Source: Dicyema japonicum (taxonomy: Eukaryota > Animalia > Dicyemida). From it: DNA of 64,000 bases. The notes under the pieces were generated by a model. It did no database searches, was not told where the DNA came from, and worked only from the letters and a program-made list of their open reading frames with translations. The position numbers and the translations under genes were made by a program. The stretch is taken from the NCBI GenBank assembly GCA_011109175.1, contig RDEW01000019.1, positions 557,482 through 621,481 on the forward strand, read 5' to 3'. Shown here in pieces: positions 12,755-23,764 of this stretch; position 1 is the first letter of the stretch, and every line of letters starts with the position of its first letter.

Positions 12755-14144
12755 ATGTGTAAAAAGTCGTGTGCTCCTCCCCCGGAAAAATTATATTATT
12801 TGGAGAACATTCTGTTGTTTATGGGAAAGTTCAAATTGCTTATTAAATTAACAGATGGCAATTGCAGCAAGCATTGGCCTTAGAATGACGGTCGAATGTC
12901 ACAGAAACAATTCTTCTAAGGAATTTGTAATGCTAATCATGAAAGATCTTGGAATTGAATTTAAAGTTAATAAATCAAAAATTAAAGAAATTTTTAATAA
13001 TTTTAATTCCGGTTATTTTTTATTTTTTATTTCAAAAGGGACGGTCGAAAATCCTGCAAAAATCGGTCAAAAAATTCGTGAAAATTTAAGCAATTTATAA
13101 GAAAATCATAACATTCAAGCGAATTTGGCAAAATTAATATTTTGCTATTTATATGGAGCTATTTCCAGTGTCACAAAGTATTTAAAATATTTATTAATTT
13201 TTATATTGATTTTTATATAAATATTTTTATAGCTGTTGGGATACTTTTGAGTTTACAGTCTACTCTCAACTACCTATTGGTGCTGGATTGGGTTCCTCGC
13301 TGCATATTCTGCCAGCATGGCGGCTTGTCTTTTACTAGCTCTTAAGATATTGGTGTTATATTCATGATTAGGCGATTGATCAAACTGACCGCAATTTAAA
13401 TGAAGATAACTTGGAAATTATTAATAAATGGGCTTTCTTATGTGAGTGTCTGGCACACGGAACCCCATCTGGAGTTGATAACTCAATATCGATAAACGGT
13501 TTTTTTTATTAATTTTGAAATTATTTTTGAATTAATTAAAAATTTTGAATAACTAAATTATTTTAAGGTGGGTTTGTTAGTTTTAAAAATGGGGTAGTTA
13601 AAAAAGTGACAAAGTTTGATATTTTGCTTATTTTTAGTGACAGTAAATTCCGTATTTTGGTGGTGAATACAAAAATACCACGATCTACTAAACAATTAGT
13701 GGCTGGTGTTCGAAAATTACACGAGAATGTAAAATTGACTGTATAGTAATAGTATAATGAAATAACTGAGAATATCCTTAGTACAATGGACAAGATCAGC
13801 GAATGTGCTTGGGAGTCTCTTAGCGGGAATTTCTCTGACGAAATTATCATGGAGTTGATGAGGATGAGTCAGGCCACGTTATTTTTCATTGGGGTTTCCT
13901 GCGATGAGCTTGACTTTATTGCTTCTCAGGCCCGTCATTGTGGATTGGCGGCAAAATTGACTGGTGCTGGAGGCGGGGGATGTGCAATTGTGTTTGTTCC
14001 AACAGGTTTGTAGTTTTTACTTGTAATTTTCTAGATGCGACTGAAGATTCTGTTATTTTATTCAGAAAGTGTTTACCTGAAAATTATGAGTGTTATGATG
14101 TCACTTTGGGTGGTCGAGGTCTTGAAGTTGACTCATTATACTAA
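12755..14144 (+). CDS. MVK: Mevalonate kinase (about 10 exons; two 1-bp deletions in this sequence)
   Basis: SSPGKIILFGEHSVVYGK, LPIGAGLGSS, HGTPSGVDNS and KLTGAGGGGC GHMP-kinase motifs; introns 12829-12854, 13012-13038 (uncertain), 13078-13101, 13178-13232, 13353-13371, 13499-13567, 13614-13637, 13729-13752, 14006-14034. Confidence 0.95.
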
Positions 14145-14217
14145 TTTAATAAATTAAAGTTTTATTAAGAACATTTGAAAATTAATAACCACCTAATAAT
14201 TCATTTGTTCGTCCAAT

Positions 14218-14401
14218 TTGTACTAGACGGGACTCGAACCCACGACTGTTGGATCATCAGACTTCAGTTGTGGTTCACTTCAAGGTGTCAGATGGAAGTA
14301 TTTTTGTCTTACACAGAGCTCAGAAAAAAGAACCACTTAATTTCCTTATCGGTTCTCTCAGAGGAGTTCCCGCTAGCAACCGTTGAGCGAGCATAGAGAC
14401 C
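14218..14401 (-). mobile_element. tRNA-derived SINE-like insert with widely separated A and B boxes
   Basis: A-box-like TCGCTCAACGG near the 5' end and B box GGTTCGAGTCC near the 3' end; flanked by 9-bp direct repeat TCGTCCAAT (14209-14217, 14402-14410). Confidence 0.5.
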
Positions 14402-14447
14402 TCGTCCAATGACCTTTCTCGATATTTTATTTTTTCTCGATTTTTTC

Positions 14448-15376
14448 CTAAATGACTTGCGAATAGAGACGCTATTGCTAGAAAATTTTTCATTATTGCT
14501 AGTTTTTCATGTATGCTCATATAGACCACTTCAAAAAACTGTATATTACAAATCATAACAAATGATTCTCCTAACCAAAAGCTTTAACAACTATAAATCT
14601 CTATGCTCCGCAGTGAATGGATTGATAAGAATTTGATGGTTTCTAGACTACATTCAGTGCAGATCCATCTCTCAGTTAGATTTCAAAAAATAGTTTATAG
14701 TTTTCAAAGTTGAGTTATATGCATGGCGCCAGCTTAATAAGAAAAATATTAGGAAATTTTAAAATAAAATTAGTACTATAAGTTGGGTAGTGGATAGTCA
14801 AATTAGTCTAGTAATCATATCTTTTAACCCGTTCATTAATTGAAAATTTTTTGAGGAAGAAAGTCCCATCATACTTCAAATATCCCAGTTGAATATGCCA
14901 TAATTGGGTCAAATTTCCCACTTAAGATCTTTCCGAATATTTCAGAAGATCCAATTAGCGTAGTCCCACAAGATTCGTTGTTGTTTAAAAAACTGTGATT
15001 GGTCGAAGAAAAAATCGACAGTCCAAATTTGGTTTAAGTCTTCAATTAGAATTTAAAATACCAGTTATATTAATACTAAACTTTATATCGTCCCTTTTAA
15101 TTCAGGTAGAATCTTATGAGCTTCCAAACATATGTCCACATAAATGAAGAAAATTTATTTGTCTAGAAGGATCTCCAAGAAATAGATCTTCCATTAAAGT
15201 GGGTTCTGATGAAATATTACATAAGAATGACTTTTCACATAATTATAGACTGAAAAGTCGGTATTCCACTCTCCCGCAACAAATCTTCATCAATGCAGAA
15301 ATTCTTTGTGAAAGTTTGCTATCCTTCTTAATAATCTCGTAAGCAGCGTCGGCCATAATCTCAGGTTTCTGGAATA
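14448..15376 (-). pseudogene. Partial, indel-rich duplicate of the HSDL2 3' half and downstream flank
   Basis: Colinear with 24793-25639; many 1-bp indels and an extra ~100 bp segment; 5' exons absent. Confidence 0.85.
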
Positions 15377-17529
15377 AATTATAACTTTTATAATTTTACG
15401 AATGTTATTATTATTATTATAATAACCCCAGGAACACAGGAAAGAAAAAAAATTTATCGTTTAATTTATCGTGTCAGTGCGTCCTTCTTTGTTTCGACTT
15501 TGTCTGCAATCTTTTATGATCGTCCAAAAGGGGGAAAGTTTGATTTTACGAATGTTGTTCATAATAATAATAAACCATCTACATAAATGAAATTAGGAAA
15601 AATAAAGATTTGTTTAAATAAATTTATGTGAAATTTAAAAAACAATCACTTATTAGTCAATTGGTAATATTGCCTCTTTTAATTTGAACGGAGGATTCCG
15701 CGTGGCGCCATGTGGTGCTGCGTGGTTAATTGGCTGAAGTTTTTCGCTTGCTTGTCTGTTCCTCCTCTCTCTTCCTAATAGAGTGGCGTCATGTGATCCA
15801 CCTGTCTAGATGACGCCCACGAAAAAGGATCATTTGCTCTTCCCCACTCCAGTGGAGTGGTTTCCACAACTGCATGTAATGGACGTCTTACCTTTTATGT
15901 TGATTCCGGATGGACTCTGTTTCTGTGGAAGTGGAAACTGGATACACTTAATTAGTTGTTTACTTTAACTTCTTTCTCGGTGTATCCGGGGTTAATAAAT
16001 AAATAAATAAACGGAGATTAACTGGAGAAGTATTTTGTTTACACGAACGTCATGGTTATTGAGAGTAACAAGACATCCAAGCTAATTATTATCTAACCCC
16101 GAAAAAAGGGAACACCAAGAAAGAAGAGGTTAAACATCTAATCAAGTGATCCCGGTATACCTCAACAGGATCGAGAGCTTTTTACTGTGTTCTTCCATAG
16201 TACCCACAGCTTTCTGAATCCACAACGTTCCTCTTCCATGAGAATTTGGATAAACGTGGGCTTTTTTAACCCATTTTAGATGTATCAGCGGCTTCTATCA
16301 CTGATTGGTAGAAGCGACCGGATTCAGAACCGGAGAGTGTGATAAAGCCGGAACCATTATTCCGGATTGCCGGGTTGTCGAGTAATAGAAAGAATAGTTG
16401 AGCAGAGAAATGTTTATTCTTATCAGTTGCTCTTAAGAAATATATCTTGTAGAAGTTAAATTGGAAATCCGTAAGCCCAGGAGGAACAGACATGCTCCAC
16501 CACTGATAGTTAGGACGAAAGCGCATTCTTCCAACAGAATGGTCTTGGAGTTTAGAAATGTTTTGATGACGTTGAGTTTTAGAAAGTCGCTTGATTGAAC
16601 ATCCTTCACATTTTAATAATGAGAAGAGCATGGGGTCCAGGGTCGCTTCCATTATTATTGGATGTGTTTTCATTGGAATAATGCAATTATGAAAACTGAT
16701 TTTAGCGTATCTGTTGTAAAAATGTTATATGAAGATAGAAAATCCAAGTTTCTTGAAAAAACTGAAGCAATGTCCTGCTTATTCTTTCATGCTTCTCAAC
16801 CACAACAGTCCAGAATGTCAACAGATTTCGAGAATATATTTTTTTACTAAAATCAAGTAAGAAAAACATTATCTTGAAATGGCCAATCATGAAAAAAAAA
16901 TCATGAACGATAATTATCATTTTTTGCGAAATATATTTAAAATGAACATAGAAACATTGCGAACACGACAGTAGATAACAGCTTACATACTAGTCCTTCA
17001 GACTCATTGCTTTAATGAACAGCGAAATTTGCACACTCAATTGTCTTGGAAGAAGATCACTAAAATATAGATTTTAAAACTTCTGAACTATTAGACTTAG
17101 TTAAAGTCCTCGTTGGTCCAGTGGTTAGGATGTCAGTCTCTCACATTGACGGCCCGGGTTCGATTCCCGGACGGGGAATTTTTTATACTAAAATGAATTT
17201 AAAATCTTGTAATAGAATTTCCTAAAAAACTGTTTATTTTAACAAATCAATTGTAAAAAGTCAATCATATTAAATCATCAAAGTAAAAACGTGAGACCTG
17301 GTGACTTCTCCGATTGTTCTCTGTTGCAATTGTAAGAGGCAACGCAAAGTCGATAATGTCGACGGTGTCCGTTTTTAATGGTTGGCCGTGTTAATTTCAT
17401 TACATTATTAATTGTATTTCATCAAAGTAAAACACAAGATCCCAATCTTTGCGAGACAAAATTCTGGTCTTCTGATGACTCAACCACATTCCGGAAGCGC
17501 TTTCTCTTCCTTCTGCAAAGGAATTCAAT
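15376..17529 (+). repeat. ~2.15 kb near-identical duplicate of 8208-10346
   Basis: Includes RTE tail, SINE A, J fragment and tRNA-Glu; ends exactly at the N at 17530. Confidence 0.95.
17107..17178 (+). tRNA. tRNA-Glu(CTC), copy 2 (intact)
   Basis: 72-nt cloverleaf, CTC anticodon, T-stem CCGGG/CCCGG, downstream T-run. Confidence 0.93.
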
Positions 17530-17530
17530 N
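17530..17530. other. Assembly gap or ambiguous base (N)
   Basis: Single n at the end of the duplicated block; sequence context changes abruptly. Confidence 0.95.
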
Positions 17531-17642
17531 TTGTGGGATTTAGGGAGGAGCATTGGACCACGTTGAGCCTCTGCTATAGCATGTTAGGTCACCTGATTAG
17601 TTAGTTTGGTGCTAGCGTGGTCTAAGGTATGATTATTATTAA
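17531..17642 (+). mobile_element. 3' end of family J LINE
   Basis: TTGTGGGATTTAGGGAGGAGCATTGGACC... matches 26810-26900; (TTA)n tail. Confidence 0.65.
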
Positions 17643-18949
17643 TTCTAAAATCGTGATTATATGCAAATATAGTTATTAATTTAAAAATTATATTTTTTTC
17701 TAAAAAAATCTATTCATTTTAAATTAGTTTAACAGCGTGGATAAATTCTTGATTGGATGTAAAAGAAATTGACGAATAGTGAGGATTTTGATGGAGCTCA
17801 AATAGTTACATAATTTGAATATAATCAATGCGACTCTAAGACAAGAAAATATTGTCCACCGACTTAATTGTTAGGATTCACACGTATTATTTGTTTGAAA
17901 TTCTTGTTTATATTAAGAAGTATGAAGCCATGCAAATTAAGAAAGACATTTTGAAACGATTCATTCTAAATATTTCCACAAGTAATTTTTTAAAAGAAAA
18001 TTAGAAAAGTTTGATAAACAAACGAAAAATTTTAAAAAAAATTGTTTCTTTTACATCAAATGCTTTGTTAGCTTAGTAAAAAAGTTTCTTACAGAATTGC
18101 AAATTGTAAAAATCGACATATCGGAGAAACTCTAGTTTTGTTAGTAGCTATTTGATATGGTTGAAGCAATGTTTGGCGATTCTTATGCAAAACAATTACG
18201 GATATATCACTTTCTAAAAACACAACTGCATTCATTCACTCAAAAAGACAAAGTAAAAAACATTCATTAAAAAATTGGAGATATGGAAATCTAATAATAT
18301 ATTTTGCGCACATTCCGAGGAGCCATGTCAGTCATCTCCTCCACAGGCAGGAAATCTAATATACAGGAAAATATCTATGAAATGTTCCCACTGCTAAATA
18401 CTTTTTCCGTCGTAGTCAATATTCAAGCAAACAAAAACGTATTTGCTAAACATTTGGATTGTTTGTTTTGATCATTTTGCTCATTATTTTAAGGATCTCG
18501 ACTGTAAAACGTTCGAATGGATACAGACTCCATTTATTAAAGAAAAAGGTTATGAATTTGTATTGACAACTTTTGAAAAATAAAAATTAATAGAATTGTC
18601 ATGTTATACATCATTGAAACAAAAATTTGAAAGAACCAACAATTCATTTTTGGTTGAATCGATGTAAAGGATATAAAAAAGCAATGAAATTTCGTTACCA
18701 TTTTTTACCTCATATTAATACTAAACTGGATTTTTTGCACTAGATGAAATAAAATCTAAATATCGAACTCGTTTATTGGTGCATAATGAATAGCACACTC
18801 CTCAATGACACCGAGATTTCAAAAACTGTCAAAAATGAAAAAAATATCTCAATAACTTTTTTGTGTTAAAATAATTGTTTTTGCTAAAAATAATATTTTT
18901 ATTATATCATGGAAAATAAAAGGAAACGCAAGATTGTAGATTTTTTTAA

Positions 18950-19260
18950 AGGAAGATTGTAAAAAAAGTTTGGATCCTCTGCCCTACGTTATTGTACAAA
19001 CAATTTATTAGGACGACGGTAAACAATTCCTCCCCAAAATGGGTCCCTTATATATCGCTCTCCTACCTAAAAAAAGTTGCAGTAGATCAAAAACTCAGCT
19101 TTCAGAGCTGTAACGGGGTTTTTGAAATCATCTCTCTAGGGAACTTACACTGGGAGTCTGAGATTGGGGGACCATCTTGGAATGAAGAACTTGCAATTTA
19201 TCCGACCCCCATCCAACCCTCCCATTTCTGAAATTCACAAAAGTTAAACACATAGAGGAC
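18950..19260 (-). mobile_element. Tc1/mariner transposase remnant
   Basis: FQDGPP...FPREMISK, resembling the FQQDGAP catalytic region; highly decayed. Confidence 0.4.
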
Positions 19261-19279
19261 ATTCACTGATCTCCAAAGA

Positions 19280-19620
19280 ACAAAAAAATTTAACTCCGAT
19301 AAAAGAGCAAACCTGGACAAAATGTATACATGATTCTATATCTATGCGTGCAATGAGAACACTCGTAGATAACAAAATACTAAAGCGCATACTGTCCGAC
19401 ATTATCGCTTCAGAACTGCTTTTTCCAAGGGCCGTCAGAGTAGAACTTTTTCGTTTATGGATGTCATCCGTCTATGGTTGAGAGAGAGAGGTTCGTGATC
19501 TCTTTGCTTGCTCTGAACCTCCAGGGTTCGACGTCAAAGTTATGGATTTCCAGGATTGTCCTTTCTTAGCAGAGCATTTTTTGACGATTGCCAGTTCCTT
19601 ACATGTTAGCGAAACTTGAA
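19280..19620 (-). mobile_element. RTE LINE 3' fragment
   Basis: Decayed similarity to the post-RT region of the other RTE copies. Confidence 0.45.
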
Positions 19621-21160
19621 TTAATAATTTAATACACCACATCTTGATAGTTTTAATAGCAATTAGAATATTTATTTACTCCCGGTCCCCCTTCAAGTTA
19701 AAGAAACTGGTGGCTAACAAAAACGCTACAACCCATAGCGGACACTCTAAGAGATCCGACAAGTAACATCTACAATAAATTAATTTGATTTGAGATAATC
19801 TAACGAATTCAATAAATTTTAAAATAAATCAAAAGATAATATTAATTTATTCCAAGAAAATTTATTTTTTGTTTGTTGTATGTGTTTAGAAAATGTGAGC
19901 TAACAAACCGCAATGTTACATTTTAAAGAAAGTTGATAGAAATCTTCGACAATTAATAAACAAATCATGAGAACATAATTACTTTTCTTTTAATTATTCG
20001 GTATTAAATGAAACTTATCATATGTTTGAATTTTCTAAATTATCAAAAATTTATATTAAAAACATTGGAAAATTAATGATTAAGTAATAATTCCCTTGAT
20101 CCTATTAATAACAGAATTACCCAGATTCATCAAGGAACTCGAACCCACAGATTAACTCATTCCATGTATCCTTGTATCCGAAGAGTTGCGTATCCAACAT
20201 CCCTTGAGTCTAAAAAAGAAAACGAGAGTTTACATCCACATTGAGGAGATAAATACACCAAGTATAATAGAGGTATATAAAAGTCCACCAGATATACATT
20301 ACCATCTGAATCGTGACCAATAGACCACTAGATTTACTGATGTAAATCAGAATAGCACTCAGTGCTTGTTCCTTCCCAAGAGAGACGGTTCTCCAATGTG
20401 AATGATTATAGAAATAATTATTTCAATTAAGTTTCTTTCAAAAATATAATATTTCTGACAAACAATTTTAATAAATTAATTTCATCAAAAACAAAAACAT
20501 TTACTAAGTTCGAACAGTTGCCTCTCACGCTAGCAATCGAAATCACTGAAGGAAACTACTGAGTATTCATGTCCTCTGAGTGTGGTTAGACGTCCCAGGA
20601 TCTTGAGGAAAGACAAACACTTTCTGATAATCTGTTCCGACACGAAACATAAACAGTTAAATTAAACATGACTTTATATTTAATTAAATTATTAAATGTT
20701 AGCAAATTATCTAGTTAGTCACCTTCTAAGATTTTTAAAATAAGTGATTTTAAAAAATTTTCTATTTCGTCGGATTCTTCCTATAAATTAATCACAGTGC
20801 TTTACTTGAGTTAAATAGTGTCCATTAAAAAAATAAATGTCCCTTTTATTATTTTCATCTTCCATTGGTTTTTTAAATTCAGCCGATAGCACTCCATGCA
20901 AGTTGTTTAAAATAAACAAAAAAATCAAAAATATTTTCATTGCTAAGAATATTCTGAATTTCCTTATAAATAAAAAATCACGTCGAATTTCCCGATTAAC
21001 TGATAAAATCCTATCACAAGATAATTTCAAGCACTTAAGCCATGACATGTTTATGACATAGCACGGCAGCACTAAAAACAGACGTTGTTAAAAAATCAGA
21101 TTCCAATAAAGGTTAGAAGAGTCCACTGATACATGACCGAAACTCTGTCTTTGATTATAC

Positions 21161-23520
21161 CAGGGGTGTCAAACATGCGGCCCTCGACAAGCAAAGTGGG
21201 TTAATGGCTGTAGAACACAAAAAATCATTTTTCTATTTTTTACATTTAATTAAATTTTTTCATAGTATTTGTAAATCTTGTTTGTCAATTCACGTGCCTC
21301 TTCTGGAACTAAGGTAAAAATCCGCAGCCTGGAAGACAATTCAAAATATCTCGAAGGTGGATGAGAGGACACCCGGAAATGACGAATTCAGCCAAAAGGA
21401 CCTAAACGCCCTAATAAAATACTACGCGAAAATCTCTCACAAAAACCACATGAGGACTGACCCACCCAAACCGCCGCTAAGAAAACCGAAAAAGGATCAT
21501 TAACTTATTTCACGGAAAAGAAGGTAATGGCATTCCTAAGCCAAACGAAAGTAGCACATTCAGACGGAATTCCCATAATCCTTTTGAAAACCTAGAAAAT
21601 GAGGGATTTGGTACCCTGACCAAAATCTACAACTGGTCGATTAATTATAACTCAATCCAAACGATATGGAAACTTGCAAACATTCGCCCAGTATTGAAGC
21701 CAGGAAAACAGAAAGAAGACCCAACTTCCTTCAGGCCTATTTCTCTCTTATGCTCCATGTCAAAAATTCTGAAAAAGCTTATCCTCGCAAAAATCACTGA
21801 AAGGACTCCTGATAAACCATTCCAGCATGGTTTCAAAAGGATCGGTCCACAACGAGTGCCTCACATCCCTGACTAACTTTATTCGCTCTGGAATTCAGTG
21901 CAAGCCAAGACACAAGAGAACTGTGCTATGCTCATTGACGTCCACAAAGCTTTCGACTCTGTCCGAGAAGAACCTAACATAGAAAATTTACCAATCAGAT
22001 ATCCTGAAAACCTCAAACGCTGGCTGATGAACTTCCTTATCGGACGAAGAGGTAGAGTGTGCATTGTAAAATTTATTCTGTCTCCAGTTTATTCCTAAAT
22101 GGAGTACCCCAGGGCTCGTCGCTATCACCATTACTATTTCAACCTGTTTACGGCTGACATTCCGACGCCGAATGGAGAAGACGACCTGCTTCTGGATTAT
22201 GCAGACGACATCGTTTTAGCCTCATGGGATCAAAACACCCAAACAGCGACGGAAAGAATACAACACCACATAGATCGACTACTCGAGTGGTTTAATGAAA
22301 ATCGATGTCACTCAATACCGAAAAATTTGTTACAACTCTCTATACTTCGATACGCACATGAACTTTTCAAGACATGTCATCAACGTGCTGAACAAATGTG
22401 AGAAAAAAATCAACCTTCTGAAATGCCTAACAGGTCTACGGAAAATTGGACATCACCCTATACTTAAAACGCTCTACTCACAGTACATCGAACCATGCAT
22501 TCAATATGCGTGTACATCATGGGGACCACTGGCCTATCATACGAACATCCAGAAAATTACCGCAACCTAGAAAAAGGCCTTAAAGATTACGGAGAGATGG
22601 TACACAGGGGGAAACATTAAATCACCGACGCCCATGGAGAAACTAATCGAAAAAAACAAGAATAGACACCAATGCCAAAAAGAAAGTGCTCGTCCGCAAC
22701 GTACTTGTGTAGGCCTAAGGTATCAACACCGAGAAAAGATAAGAGCCTTGATCCAATTCGTCGGCATCATTTAGTTTAGTTTTTTCGGCTTAACAGTGGT
22801 CTTCGGAATTGATTTAATTTAATTCTTCTGAAACTAAGAAACGGTGTTTGAACATGTACGGAGAATGATTCAAGATAAATGGGAACTTGTCTATTTTTGT
22901 ACATCGGTTGATAGAAAAATACATTGTTTAATATGCAAGCAGCTTATCGCTATTTTGAAAGAATACAAACTAAAAAGGCATTACCAATCTAATCGATCAT
23001 ACAATTATTTCGAAGGTATTAAATTGCTTATAAACCAAGAAGGTCAAATACGTGTTTTAAAGCTAAATGAATTGCGAAAAGATTTGACTGCGTTACAAAA
23101 TCATTTCACAAAAAAATCACAATCGAAGTACCGCATCAGTTACTGCAAGATATGAAATCCGCAGAATGCTTGCAATGTTGGAAAATCATAATACGATGGT
23201 AATCTCATCAAGCTATATCCTGTAAAAACAGCAAAAATTATTTTTGCAGACAACGCCCACTTGTTTAAAGAAATTCTATCAACCAGAAACACTGTTGCCG
23301 AACACATTAATGAAATGTCTTTGAAACATCAATTATTTCCTGAATTGTTAAAATTCTAATATTTTTCAATTGCGATCAATGAAACAGTCGACGTTGTCGG
23401 AAATGCACAATTAGCAATCTTTGTTAATGCCTGTGATTCAGATTTAATATTTATGAAGAATTTATCGAACTGGCGCCAATTAAGATGTTACTACAAGAAA
23501 AATATCTTACTGGTATGAAA
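21161..23520 (+). mobile_element. hAT DNA transposon (SPIN/EPM2AIP1-like) 5' part, interrupted by a LINE
   Basis: Terminus CAGGGGTGTCAAACATGCGGCCC at 21161; transposase fragment CLICKQLIAILKEYKLKRHY...NETVDVVGNAQLAIFV at 22844-23520. Confidence 0.8.
21300..22830 (+). mobile_element. Family J LINE (RT to 3' end) nested in the hAT element
   Basis: KPGKQKEDPTSFRPISLL, LIDVHKAFDSV, YADDIVL and C-terminus RPQRTCVGLRYQHREKIRALIQFVGII*. Confidence 0.85.
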
Positions 23521-23764
23521 AGTTGATTGCTCATTTAATTCCTTTTAGGGTGAGCGACAAGACAGCACGTTAAACACATGTCCAGAGACTACGCATTATG
23601 GAATTGATTCAACATACGGTAAACTATAGTTATAATGAGTTCTCATTCTGGATCAATGGTTAATCCACTACGCCAGATAAAAATCATATCCTGTATGGCT
23701 CAAAAAAACCATAAATCATATCATTTCGGATAAAAATCATATCCTGTATGGCTCAAAAAACCTG

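Noticed and set aside
12745-13110. In-frame TAA codons in MVK suggesting a ciliate-type code (TAA/TAG = Gln)
   Set aside because: One is removed by a 24-nt intron and the other by a homopolymer indel; genes use CAA/CAG for Gln and end at TAA/TAG.
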